DNA of 59,832 nt, the filler included. It is 5 parts of 5 records of this genome, joined end to end, with 100 filler letters (N's around TTAATTAATTAA, not from the genome) between each part and the next. Parts side by side here need not be neighbours in the genome. Positions count along the whole stretch, not along the records: positions 16,103 to 29,795 come from DRR723986_7378; 4 more parts are not named here. One strand, given 5' to 3'. Below the pieces are notes generated by a model, which was given only the letters and a program-made list of their open reading frames with translations, was not told the origin of the DNA and did no database searches. Shown here piece by piece: positions 17,953 through 27,678 of this stretch; positions within the stretch are counted from its first letter, which is position 1; each line of letters begins with the position of its first letter. The translations under genes and the position numbers were made by a program.

Positions 17953-20917
17953 GCATCCGTTCTCCCTTGGGATCAAACATGTGAGGGGAGACGATTTCGA
18001 CCGTCACATCACTCTGTCGCACCGGATCAGTCGCCGTCACCGGTTTACCCTGCCAGGCGTTATGCCCGCCAGAGATATAGCCAAGGCCAATCCAATGCCC
18101 TAATGCCGGAGAATGGGTGACAGCAGTGACCCAGCCCTCGCCAAAACCTGCGATGTTCTCGGGCTTGCACAGCAAGGCCCCACCGTTGAAGCTCTGTCTG
18201 CGATCTTTGGGGAAAATCCCGACCAATTGCGGCCGGTCTGCGTGCTCTAGCTCTGGACGTTTGCGTAGGGCATTCCCGATGAAGGGTTTCTTGGTCGAGG
18301 CCATCTTGCCCAGCCCTGCATCGTCAATCGTCACGCGCCCGTCCAGTTCGGCCCCTGTGACATGGCCTTTTTCGATCCTGAGTGCCCCCAAAGCTTCGAG
18401 TCCGTACAGGCAGCCACCCAAAGGTTCTGATGCGGCCCACAACAGATCCATCATCGCCTCACCGTTATCGGCAGGCACATAGACCTCATAAGCCAACTCA
18501 CCGGAAAAACTGATGCGCGCGATGAGACATTTGATCCCCCCTTTCAGGCTGGTCTCTATGACCCCCATAAAGGGCAGGTTTTCTGCCGAGATTGCGTCCG
18601 GATCTTCCAGACAAGTCGCGATTGCTGTGCGGGTTTTTGGCCCTGCCACAGACACCCCAGCCCATTGATCCGAAACCGAGGTGACGTGAACCTTCAACTC
18701 GGGCCACCGCAGCTGCAACAACTCTTCCAGCCAGACCATGACCTTTCCCGCCCCGGTGGTGGTGGTTGTCAGCAGGAAATCATTTTCGGACAGGCGCCAA
18801 GTGGTACCGTCATCCATCACCATGCCATCATCCCGTAGCATGATACCGTAGCGCGCCTTGCCCACTGCCAGTTTGGCAAAGGCATTGGTGTAAATCCGAT
18901 TGAGGAACTCCGAGGCATCCGGCCCCTGTACAGATATTTTGCCCAGCGAACTAACGTCGCAGATGCCAAGGGTTTCCCGCACCGTGGTGGCTTCGCGAAT
19001 GTAGGCTTCGGTGATGCTCTCGCCCTTGCGGGCAAAATACCAAGGCCGGTGCCACAGGCCGGCATCGGTCATGGTGGCTCCATGGCGCAGGTTCCAGTCA
19101 TGGAGTGGAGTGCGCCGCAGTACTTTGAAATGGCTGCCGGTGTTTCGCCCAGCCAACGCGCCAATTGCCACGGGTGTATAAGGCGGGCGAAAACGGGTGG
19201 TGCCGACAGCGGGAATGTCTTTACCCAAAGCTTCGGCCATCAAAGCCAAGCCAATGATATTTCCCATCTTGCCCTGATCGGTCGCCATGCCCAACGTGGT
19301 ATAACGCTTTAAATGCTCAACCGAGACAAAGCCTTCTTGGTGTGCCAAGCGTATGTCGCCGGAGGTAACATCATGCTGAAGGTCCACAAAGCTCTTGGTC
19401 TTTTTACCAGCCAAACGTACTTCATAGAGCGGTTTGATGGGGGTGTCCCAGCCAACCGGGGCAGTCTCTTCGACCTGTTTCCCCATAGCCAAATTCGCCG
19501 CCACCACACCCGAGGCTACGCTATCCGCGGTGTTCCAATGTCCGGCTGCGGCACCGGCCACAGTCACATTCTCAGAACAGGGAGCGGGTAGGAAACAGGC
19601 CAAGGCCTGGTTCCAAATCGGTTTTGCCCCTCGATGAGACAGCAGGTTCACCACCGGTGACCATCCCGCCGAGATCAGCAAGAGGTCACAAGTCAGAGTT
19701 TCTGCCATTGTCCAAGTGTCGCCCTGCGGGTGTGCCAGTTGTACGCCAGTCACAGCTTTTCCACCCAGAGCTTTCAGTGGGGCACAGCCTGTCTTCAGCA
19801 ATACGTCCTTCGACTTCATTTGCTCCAAAAGGTCCGCTGAAACCTCAGTACGCAGGTCAACCAAGGTGACTTTTGCCCCGGCCTGTGCCAGCTCGGCAGC
19901 GGTCACATAGGCGGAATCATTGTTGGTGCTCAGAACAATATTCTGACCCGGCAACACCCCATATCGGTTCAGATAGGTTCGAGCAGCGGCGGCAGTCATC
20001 ACACCGGGGCGGTCATTGTTTTCAAAGGCAGCTGTGCGTTCCAGGGCGCCGGTCGCAAGAATGGTTGCCGCTGCCCGTACGGTCCAGAACCGCTGGCGGG
20101 GGGCATAGTCCGGCTTTACCGCCAAATGATCTGTCACCCGCTCCAACAGGCCTGCAGTGCCATAGTCATAGAGGCCAAAGGCGGTGGTGCGCGTCATAAG
20201 CCGCACCCCAGCCTCTGTTAGGGCAGCGATTAGCTCAGCGCGTTTTGCTTCAGAAACCGGGTCTGCGCGGTTCAGTAGATCCCCGCCCAGTTCATAGTCC
20301 TGTTCAACAAGGATCACGTCTTTGCCCTGCCGGGCGGCTTCCAGCGCCGCACTTAAGCCAGCCGGACCCGAGCCGACAACCAGCACATCACAAAAGCCAT
20401 GCATATGATCATAGCAATCGGGGTCAGCCTGGCGCGAGGCTTCGCCCATACCGGCTGCTCTTCGGATCAGTTTTTCATACTGCATCCAGATGCCGGTTCC
20501 GCGCCCCCACTCAAAAGGCGGCAAGCCCATGAAAGTTTTGTAATAAAAACCCGCAGAGAAAAATCGACCAAACAACCCCAGAGCGGCACCAGCGTCACAG
20601 CGCACATTGGGCCAGGCATTCTGACCAGAGGCCTTTAGCCCATCATACAGCTCAACCATGGTGGCTTTGGCGTTGGGTTCTGCACGGTCGCCTGCGCCAA
20701 TGGTTACAATGGCTCCGGATTCCTCGACGCCCGCAGACATGATGCCGCGTGGTCGGTGGTATTTGAAACTACGGCCCAAAACCGTCTCGCCGCTGGCCAT
20801 CAGGGCGGACGCCAGAGTGTCACCAGCAAAGCCCTGACAGGACTTTCCATCCCAGGTGAACCGCAATGGGCGGCTTCGGTCGATGCGCCCGCCGTGGGGC
20901 AAACGTGTTGCAGTCAT
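17945..20917 (-). CDS. soxA: Sarcosine oxidase-like alpha subunit
   Basis: GDTLASAL, RSFKYHRPRG, EHLKRYTTLGMATDQGK, GcvT-like C-terminal half. Confidence 0.93.
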   Translation of the reverse strand: MTATRLPHGGRIDRSRPLRFTWDGKSCQGFAGDTLASALMASGETVLGRSFKYHRPRGIMSAGVEESGAIVTIGAGDRAEPNAKATMVELYDGLKASGQNAWPNVRCDAGAALGLFGRFFSAGFYYKTFMGLPPFEWGRGTGIWMQYEKLIRRAAGMGEASRQADPDCYDHMHGFCDVLVVGSGPAGLSAALEAARQGKDVILVEQDYELGGDLLNRADPVSEAKRAELIAALTEAGVRLMTRTTAFGLYDYGTAGLLERVTDHLAVKPDYAPRQRFWTVRAAATILATGALERTAAFENNDRPGVMTAAAARTYLNRYGVLPGQNIVLSTNNDSAYVTAAELAQAGAKVTLVDLRTEVSADLLEQMKSKDVLLKTGCAPLKALGGKAVTGVQLAHPQGDTWTMAETLTCDLLLISAGWSPVVNLLSHRGAKPIWNQALACFLPAPCSENVTVAGAAAGHWNTADSVASGVVAANLAMGKQVEETAPVGWDTPIKPLYEVRLAGKKTKSFVDLQHDVTSGDIRLAHQEGFVSVEHLKRYTTLGMATDQGKMGNIIGLALMAEALGKDIPAVGTTRFRPPYTPVAIGALAGRNTGSHFKVLRRTPLHDWNLRHGATMTDAGLWHRPWYFARKGESITEAYIREATTVRETLGICDVSSLGKISVQGPDASEFLNRIYTNAFAKLAVGKARYGIMLRDDGMVMDDGTTWRLSENDFLLTTTTTGAGKVMVWLEELLQLRWPELKVHVTSVSDQWAGVSVAGPKTRTAIATCLEDPDAISAENLPFMGVIETSLKGGIKCLIARISFSGELAYEVYVPADNGEAMMDLLWAASEPLGGCLYGLEALGALRIEKGHVTGAELDGRVTIDDAGLGKMASTKKPFIGNALRKRPELEHADRPQLVGIFPKDRRQSFNGGALLCKPENIAGFGEGWVTAVTHSPALGHWIGLGYISGGHNAWQGKPVTATDPVRQSDVTVEIVSPHMFDPKGERMHG

Positions 20918-21198
20918 GGTGTTACCTCTAGCGCGCTGGCCATGTCTGGATGGGCGGGGCGCACCGAGTGGATCTCATGGGTCATCGTATCGCGCTCTAC
21001 TAGGATCCACATGCGGCACCCATTTACATGCTGCCAGGTCTCGATCTGCACACCACAGATGTTTTCACGCTGAAACACAGCGTCGTGCCAGTCCTGCATC
21101 GGGGCATCAAGACTTGGGTATTTGATCGAACCATCGCCGCCATAGGCGAATTCGCTGTGATCCCGGGTGCCGCAAAACGGACAGGGTATTCTGATCAT
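20914..21198 (-). CDS. soxD: Sarcosine oxidase-like delta subunit
   Basis: CPFCG.R..SEF, WQH..GC..W Zn motif. Confidence 0.92.
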   Translation of the reverse strand: MIRIPCPFCGTRDHSEFAYGGDGSIKYPSLDAPMQDWHDAVFQRENICGVQIETWQHVNGCRMWILVERDTMTHEIHSVRPAHPDMASALEVTP

Positions 21199-21209
21199 TT
21201 CATATGTCC

Positions 21210-22481
21210 TTATCCGTGCAACTTGGGATCGGGGCCCGCACCGCGCTCATCCAGCTGGATGCCGCGTTCAAACCGTTTCAGATCGTGGTTGGCGATCACC
21301 TTGTGGGGGCGGTCATTGGCGATGAGATCGGCGAAATAAGTGCCCGAAGCCGGGGTGGCTTTGAATCCGCCATAATTCCAACCGGCGTTCAGATAGAGGT
21401 TGTCGACAGGGGTTTTGGAGATGAAGTGCGAGCCGTCCATCGACATGTCCACCACTCCGGACCAATGACGCAAAAGTCGCACGCGCCCCAGACAGGGCAG
21501 GACTGACATCGCCGCTTCGGCCACGTCTTGAACGATGGGCAGGTTGCCTTTCTGGGCGTAGGATTTGTACCAATCCAGATCGCCCCCAAAGACCATGCCG
21601 CCCTTGTCGGATTGCGAAATGTAGAAATGCGCGCCGCCCATACCAAAGACCACGACCTGATCCAGCAGTGGTTTAAGAGGCTCCGACACAAAAGCCTGCA
21701 GTTTATGGGACTCGATGGGCAGATGGGTCATCCCCGACATGCTCCACAGACGCGAAGTATTGCCAGCCACGGCCAGACCGACCTTATCAGTGGCAATCCT
21801 GCCGCGAGAGGTCTCGATCGCGGTCACTTTACTGCCGTCGCGCGTAATTCCGGTGACTTCGCAGTTCTGGATGATATCAACACCCAACTGATCCGCCGCC
21901 CGCGCATAGCCCCAGATCACTGCGTCATGGCGCGCGGTTCCAGCGCGTTTATGCACGGCCGCCCCCATGATCGGGAACCGGGCGGTTGCATCATAATTCA
22001 GATGCGGAACCGCCTCTTTCAGCTGATCCAGACTCCAGATTTCGGCATCAGCATTGCCGGTCAGCCGCATGGTGTTGTAATTGCGCGATGTCGCATCCAC
22101 CGCACCGGGGCTGTGCAGCAGGGTGATATGCGAGCGCTGACTGAACATGACGTTATAGTTCAGCTCGTGGCTCAGGTTTTCCCAGAGCTTGAGCGAATCC
22201 TCATAAAACTCGCGGTTGCCCGGCTGGGTATAGTTAGAGCGCACAATGGTCGTGTTGCGCCCTGCATTTCCGCCGCCGATCCACCCTTTTTCCAACACCG
22301 CGACATTGCGAATGCCGTGGGTCTTGGCCAGGTAATAAGCGGTGGCGAGCCCATGCAGCCCGCCGCCAACGATCACCACATCATAATGCGGTTTTGGTTC
22401 GGGATCTCGCCACTGACGAGTCCAGCCCTTTTGGCCGGATATCCCCTGCCAAAAGACATTCCATGCGGAAAATCTAGTCAT
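21210..22481 (-). CDS. soxB: Sarcosine oxidase-like beta subunit
   Basis: GGGLHGLATAYYLA, GRNTTIVRSNY, GTARHDAV, GGFKATP. Confidence 0.92.
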   Translation of the reverse strand: MTRFSAWNVFWQGISGQKGWTRQWRDPEPKPHYDVVIVGGGLHGLATAYYLAKTHGIRNVAVLEKGWIGGGNAGRNTTIVRSNYTQPGNREFYEDSLKLWENLSHELNYNVMFSQRSHITLLHSPGAVDATSRNYNTMRLTGNADAEIWSLDQLKEAVPHLNYDATARFPIMGAAVHKRAGTARHDAVIWGYARAADQLGVDIIQNCEVTGITRDGSKVTAIETSRGRIATDKVGLAVAGNTSRLWSMSGMTHLPIESHKLQAFVSEPLKPLLDQVVVFGMGGAHFYISQSDKGGMVFGGDLDWYKSYAQKGNLPIVQDVAEAAMSVLPCLGRVRLLRHWSGVVDMSMDGSHFISKTPVDNLYLNAGWNYGGFKATPASGTYFADLIANDRPHKVIANHDLKRFERGIQLDERGAGPDPKLHG

Positions 22482-22504
22482 TTTTGTTCTGTCTTTCGAA
22501 AGCT

Positions 22505-23299
22505 CTAGAGCGTGTTTTTCAGCACTTTGCCGGGATGCTTGAAGATCTGGCCAAAGCCTTCCAGCTCATCCATGATTCCAGCGCGTCGCAAGCAGGACCA
22601 CATCTGGGCCTGGTTCGACGTGATCACCGGCTTACCGGTAATCTGCTCGATCTCGTCCACCACTTCGAGCGAGCGCACGCCACCACAGCTGAGAAAAATC
22701 ACATCCGCCTTGGGCTGGTCGATTTCCAGTGCGAACTTCTTCCAATAGGCCGGCGTGACCAGCCCCATATCCCAGCCCTGCGCAATGTTGAGGCCCTGAA
22801 TATCCAGCACATCAAAGCCGCGCTTGACCAGAAACTCGGCCTCGGCGGTGTTGATCTCATCTAGGTACGGCGTGCCAACGACCAGCTTTTTTGCACCCAG
22901 TTCATGCAGCGCGTCCAACACGCCCTGAACCAGACACATAGGTTTTGCCCAGGGTGCGCCTTTGTGGATCTCTTTGAAAATCCGCTCTTCGCCGATGACA
23001 ATTGACCCGCTGGTGCAGCTATAGCTGACCACATCCGGCTTTGCTTCGGGTTGAATGCGCGACGCGGCATCAGCCATATGCTCGATATGGCGTGAGAGGG
23101 TTTCGTTGGTGGTATAGTCATCCGTTTTCAGACGGGTGATATGAACGCCGACACCTTCGGGGGCCATGTCTTTGAAATCCGCCTCGGCGGTTGGGTCCGT
23201 CGACATCAGGATAAAGCCCAGTTTGGCGCGATGATGGCGGCCTTCGCTCAGCTCGGGTGTGCGGGGCGTGGACTGAATGGTTTGACCTGGTTGGAACAT
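22505..23299 (-). CDS. Asp/Glu racemase / maleate isomerase family (EutA-like)
   Basis: SCTSGS and LSCGG two-Cys sites, TPY, KPVITSNQA. Confidence 0.82.
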   Translation of the reverse strand: MFQPGQTIQSTPRTPELSEGRHHRAKLGFILMSTDPTAEADFKDMAPEGVGVHITRLKTDDYTTNETLSRHIEHMADAASRIQPEAKPDVVSYSCTSGSIVIGEERIFKEIHKGAPWAKPMCLVQGVLDALHELGAKKLVVGTPYLDEINTAEAEFLVKRGFDVLDIQGLNIAQGWDMGLVTPAYWKKFALEIDQPKADVIFLSCGGVRSLEVVDEIEQITGKPVITSNQAQMWSCLRRAGIMDELEGFGQIFKHPGKVLKNTL

Positions 23300-24441
23300 C
23301 AGAGAATGACCTCTTCTACAGATTTTGGATGCTGCGTCAGTGGCTCCCAGCCGTCCTCGGTAATGATAAAGCTATCGCCCACCTGAGCGCGGAACGTTTC
23401 AACAGAAACCGAACCATCGACAGCCAGCACCATGCCGGGTTGGATGATCGTGGTATCCCCAGTGACCAATTGCGGCGCTTCGAGAAAGCTGAAGCCTGTG
23501 GCGCGACCACAGCGGAAGGGGTATTCATAGCCCGCGCCCTGAATAACTTCGGCATATTCAGCATGAATGCTTTCGGCGGTCACACCGGGACGCAGCGCAT
23601 CTAGCGCTGCCTTCTGGCTGGCCACGGCAACCTCATAGACTTTCACCTGCTCTGGGTCGGGCTCGCCAATCCAGAAGGTGCGGTCAAAACCGAGCTTAAA
23701 GCGGTGAAAGTTGGTCATGCCGCAAAAACAAAGGAACACGGGTTCGCCCTGACGCATGATCCGGGTCGAGGCCCGGTGGTGGGTTTTGACGATGTCTTTG
23801 CCCGAGGCCATGATCTGCAGGAAATGCGTGTTCGGCGACATATCCGCATCGTCATAATGCGCCGCCAACAGCTCGGCTGCTTTGCGGGTACCGGCCTGCG
23901 AGGTAGCAATCGCCACCTCGAATTCGGGCACACCATCGCCAATTGCTGCACGACCGGCGTTCATCATCGCGGTGGCCACCTGTCCCGCGTGACGCGCCAG
24001 CTGCAATTCCTGGGCGGATTTGATCATGCGCATCGCATTCAGGATGGGCGTCACAGTGGTGAGCCTGTCGCCATCCACCAGATCATTCACATAGGCGCGC
24101 ACTGGGGGTGGCATATGACCCGGCTCAATCGCTACTTTGGTCGCTGATTTGACGGCCGCCGGCAGTTCTTCGCGCCATTCATTGCCCATCCCGTCATTCC
24201 AGGCGGCAATTCGACCGACGCGCGCCGCCGCCTCGGCAGAGTTGAGATCAATGGTCGGCGTGATCAGCAGCGCCTCACCGTCCTTGGGTACAACCAGTAT
24301 GGTGGGGCGGCCAAATTCCATATGCAGATAGTCGTAATAGCCGGTCAGATAATAGACATTGTCATCATCCGTGATCAGCGCCACATCAATATTTGCATTG
24401 GCCAGCTTTGTTTGCAGGCGGCTCAGACGATCGGTGAACAT
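23299..24441 (-). CDS. M24-fold hydrolase, creatinase/ectoine hydrolase-like
   Basis: Creatinase_N-like N-terminus (NVYYLTG, FGRP), RMIKSAQEL, DRTF, IQPGMVL. Confidence 0.8.
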   Translation of the reverse strand: MFTDRLSRLQTKLANANIDVALITDDDNVYYLTGYYDYLHMEFGRPTILVVPKDGEALLITPTIDLNSAEAAARVGRIAAWNDGMGNEWREELPAAVKSATKVAIEPGHMPPPVRAYVNDLVDGDRLTTVTPILNAMRMIKSAQELQLARHAGQVATAMMNAGRAAIGDGVPEFEVAIATSQAGTRKAAELLAAHYDDADMSPNTHFLQIMASGKDIVKTHHRASTRIMRQGEPVFLCFCGMTNFHRFKLGFDRTFWIGEPDPEQVKVYEVAVASQKAALDALRPGVTAESIHAEYAEVIQGAGYEYPFRCGRATGFSFLEAPQLVTGDTTIIQPGMVLAVDGSVSVETFRAQVGDSFIITEDGWEPLTQHPKSVEEVIL

Positions 24442-24523
24442 AGCGGGCTTCCCTGTGCGAAATGGCCCGGAATTTTGGGGCCCTATTGTGCATATCCGTA
24501 GAGCTTATTGTTGGAAGGGTCGT

Positions 24524-24570
24524 TTTCAAAATGACTTTTCATATCGAGATGTGATAACTGCTAGTTATGA
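24524..24570. promoter_or_regulatory. LysR operator/promoter module, copy 1
   Basis: ATAAC-N5-GTTAT palindrome (24554-24568) overlapping the lysR ATG; 36/47 identical to 28834-28880. Confidence 0.75.
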
Positions 24571-25442
24571 AACACTATCGTAGTACGCTCCCTCCGCTGG
24601 ATTATTTGTTGTTTTTTGAAACGGTGGCGCGTCACAAGAACTTTACGCGTGCGGCCGAAGAGCTGAACGTTAGCCAGGCGGCTGTCAGCAAGCGCATCAA
24701 GTTTCTGGAAAGTTGGTTGGGGATAGAGCTGATCACCCGGCATGGTCGTACGGTCAACCTGACCAAGGCCGGGCATAAGCTTGCAGCCAACGCTTCGGAG
24801 GCACTGGAGTATCTGGCGCTTGGTATTGGCCAATTGCGGCAGGGCAGCCATGAAAAGCTGTCGCTTGCGTCAAACATTGCGGTTTCTCAGTTCTGGCTCA
24901 CGCCGCAAGTGAACGAATATCTGCTGAGCCAGGACGCTGTTCCTGTAAGTATTACTGCATCAAACAAAGAAGCTGACGTTCTCAATCAAGATCATGATGC
25001 CATCATTTACTATGGAACAGACATTCCTTCAGGTTGGGAAGGTGAGGTTTTGTTCGAAGAGGTCTGGCAACCCTTAGCAGCCCCCAGTCTGCTGGCGCAA
25101 AACCCGGACCTTGCAAACAGCACCCTGTTGGATTTTGACAAGCTTGCGCTGAAATGGATCAATTGGCCGGATTTTATCGACCTATCCGGGTCTTCGAAAT
25201 TTGCCACGGCACCTCGGGTAAATTTGGGCTCTTACGGCAGCTCTCTGGATGCAGCGATCCGGGGCAAGGGCATCGCCCTCGGTTGTGTCAATGTTCTGAA
25301 GTATGAAATCGAGGCAGGACGCTTGGCACCACTAGAAAGCACAACCCTGAAGACGGGACGCACCTATTTTGTCATCTGGCAGAGCGGAACCCTACCCCAA
25401 CGCACCCGCGATCTTTTGCGGGACGTCGGGATAGAAGTCTAA
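24567..25442 (+). CDS. LysR-family regulator (GcvA-like)
   Basis: LPPL...NFTRAAEELNVSQAAVSKRIK.LE HTH. Confidence 0.92.
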   Translation: MKHYRSTLPPLDYLLFFETVARHKNFTRAAEELNVSQAAVSKRIKFLESWLGIELITRHGRTVNLTKAGHKLAANASEALEYLALGIGQLRQGSHEKLSLASNIAVSQFWLTPQVNEYLLSQDAVPVSITASNKEADVLNQDHDAIIYYGTDIPSGWEGEVLFEEVWQPLAAPSLLAQNPDLANSTLLDFDKLALKWINWPDFIDLSGSSKFATAPRVNLGSYGSSLDAAIRGKGIALGCVNVLKYEIEAGRLAPLESTTLKTGRTYFVIWQSGTLPQRTRDLLRDVGIEV

Positions 25443-25455
25443 CACTACCGCAGGA

Positions 25456-26271
25456 TCAGACAGCTTCGCGCACAGCGCTGAGAAACTGCTGGGTACGTTC
25501 GCGCTGTGGATTACCAAACAGCTCGGACGGATGCCCTTGCTCCTCGATTTTGCCATCATAAAAGAAACAGACCCGGTCCGAAATGTCGCGAGCAAAGCCC
25601 ATTTGATGGGTCACCATCAGCATGGTGAGATTGTGTTCCGATACCAGGCCACGAATAACATTGGTCACCTCCCCAATCACTTCCGGGTCCAGCGCCGAGG
25701 TCACCTCGTCAAACAGCATCACCTTTGGTCGCATTGCAAGCGCACGCGCAATGGCGACGCGTTGCTGCTGACCGCCCGACAAACGGGAGGGGTGCTGGTC
25801 TTTCTTGGCAATCATGCCCACCAGTTCCAACAGTTCTTCTGAGCGATCCCGTGCTTCGGCCTTGGACAGGCCGAGCACCTGCACCGGACCTTCCATGCAG
25901 TTTTCCAGAGCGGTCATATGTGGAAACAGGTTAAAGTGCTGAAAACACATCCCAATATCTGCACGTCGGCTGCGCAGATGACGTTCATTGGCCAGAACCA
26001 ACTGGCCACCTTTGGGCATATGCGTCAGCGGTTTGCCATCCACATAAATCACGCCGGAGTTGATCTGCTCCAGTGTCATCAACATACGCAGCACGGTTGT
26101 CTTGCCCGACCCTGACGGCCCGATGATCGACACCATTTCACCGGCATTGATATCAAGGTCGAGATCGTCAAGAACGGTCAGCGCCCCATAAGATTTGCGG
26201 ACTTTGCGAAAACTCACCATCGGCGTGTTTTCACCGCTTAGTTCAATTGGAAAACCTGACATATCCAGCAT
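25456..26271 (-). CDS. ehuA: Ectoine/hydroxyectoine-type ABC ATPase
   Basis: GPSGSGKTTVLRMLMTLE, LSGGQQQR, LFDEVTSALDPE. Confidence 0.8.
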   Translation of the reverse strand: MLDMSGFPIELSGENTPMVSFRKVRKSYGALTVLDDLDLDINAGEMVSIIGPSGSGKTTVLRMLMTLEQINSGVIYVDGKPLTHMPKGGQLVLANERHLRSRRADIGMCFQHFNLFPHMTALENCMEGPVQVLGLSKAEARDRSEELLELVGMIAKKDQHPSRLSGGQQQRVAIARALAMRPKVMLFDEVTSALDPEVIGEVTNVIRGLVSEHNLTMLMVTHQMGFARDISDRVCFFYDGKIEEQGHPSELFGNPQRERTQQFLSAVREAV

Positions 26272-26939
26272 TATTTCAGCCCCAGTTTGCGACGCACTCG
26301 CCCTTCGATCAGACGGATAAGACCCGCAGCCGGAAGAGAGATTGCAAGGAAGATGATGCCCACCATCGTGAAGGGCTCAAGAAAACGGTAATGTTCTGAC
26401 CCGATGGCATTGGCCGTGTGAATGAGTTCGGCAACCCCGATAACCGAGAGCATTGGGGTATCCTTGAAGATACCGACAAGGTAGTTGCCCATGCCTGATA
26501 GGGCCGACGGAATGGCCTGTGGGATGATGACACGGCGGTATTTCTGCACCGTGGTCATGTTGAGCGCGATGGCCGCCTCCCACTGTCCCTTTGGGACACT
26601 ATCAATGCCGCCACGATAAACCTCGGAGAGATAGCAGGAGTAATGCAAACCAATCGCAATCATCCCCGACATCCAGGGGCTGAGGCGAATGCCAAACTGC
26701 GGCCCGACATAGAAGATAAAAAAGATCTGCAGCAGCAACGGGGTTGAACGCACAAACTCGACGAATTCACGCACAACAAAGGTCACCCCACGATAGGGGG
26801 TCCGCTGTGCAATCGCGAGAACCAACCCCAGCACCAAAGCAATTGCATAGCCTGCGCCAGCGGCGAGCAGCGTGTTACCCGTTGCGGTGATCAGGCGTGG
26901 CAAGATTTCCCACGCAAAGTCCCATTTCCAATCGAACAT
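26271..26939 (-). CDS. ehuD: Ectoine-type ABC permease
   Basis: MFDWKWDFAWEILP, RSTPLL.Q, SEVYRGG, FKDTP. Confidence 0.78.
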   Translation of the reverse strand: MFDWKWDFAWEILPRLITATGNTLLAAGAGYAIALVLGLVLAIAQRTPYRGVTFVVREFVEFVRSTPLLLQIFFIFYVGPQFGIRLSPWMSGMIAIGLHYSCYLSEVYRGGIDSVPKGQWEAAIALNMTTVQKYRRVIIPQAIPSALSGMGNYLVGIFKDTPMLSVIGVAELIHTANAIGSEHYRFLEPFTMVGIIFLAISLPAAGLIRLIEGRVRRKLGLK

Positions 26940-26942
26940 GGA

Positions 26943-27608
26943 TCATGCTCTCCCCATTTTGCGGGCCATATAGGCCTCAAGCCAGCGCATGAAGGGCGTC
27001 ACCATAAAGCGGGCCAGAACATAGTAGATGATGAGGGCTGCGCCAAATGCCTGAGCAGACAGGAAGGTAGAGCCATTGATCTGTTTGGTCTCAAACATCA
27101 GATCCGCCACCGAAATCAGTGAGACCAGCGCAGTCCCCTTCAGCAGCTCAATCATCAAGTTACCCCAGGGAGGCAACATATTGACCAGAGCCTGTGGCAG
27201 GATAACCCGACGCATGCGTTGTGCCGGTGACATGTTGATTGCAAGCGCCGCTTCCCACTGCCCTTTGGGGACTGACAGAATGCCGCCCCGGACCAACTCG
27301 GCACCGTAAGCGCCGATATTCATGCCAACGGCGACATAGCCAGCAGTGAACTTGTCGATCGTCACACCAAAAAGCGGAAGGACAAAGAAGATCCAGTAAA
27401 GCTGCACCAAAAGCGAGGTGCCGCGAAAGATCTCGATATAGGTGACTGCAGAACCGCGAACCAGCTTGTTCGAGGAAAGCTTCATCAACCCCATCATAAG
27501 GGCGATGGAGACCCCCAGTATGGCCGCCAAAAAGAATTGTGCAACGGTCGTGCCAGTGCCCGCCAGGAGGCGTGGCCAGTACTGAATAACGAAGTCAAAG
27601 ATATTCAT
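26943..27608 (-). CDS. ehuC: Ectoine-type ABC permease
   Basis: YIEIFRGTSLLVQLYW, GAYGAELVRG. Confidence 0.78.
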   Translation of the reverse strand: MNIFDFVIQYWPRLLAGTGTTVAQFFLAAILGVSIALMMGLMKLSSNKLVRGSAVTYIEIFRGTSLLVQLYWIFFVLPLFGVTIDKFTAGYVAVGMNIGAYGAELVRGGILSVPKGQWEAALAINMSPAQRMRRVILPQALVNMLPPWGNLMIELLKGTALVSLISVADLMFETKQINGSTFLSAQAFGAALIIYYVLARFMVTPFMRWLEAYMARKMGRA

Positions 27609-27678
27609 GGATCCGCTCTGTCATCTAGATAAACGTGGATAAAGCAGCAGGCCGCAAGCGGCCCGCTGCGGGAATGGC

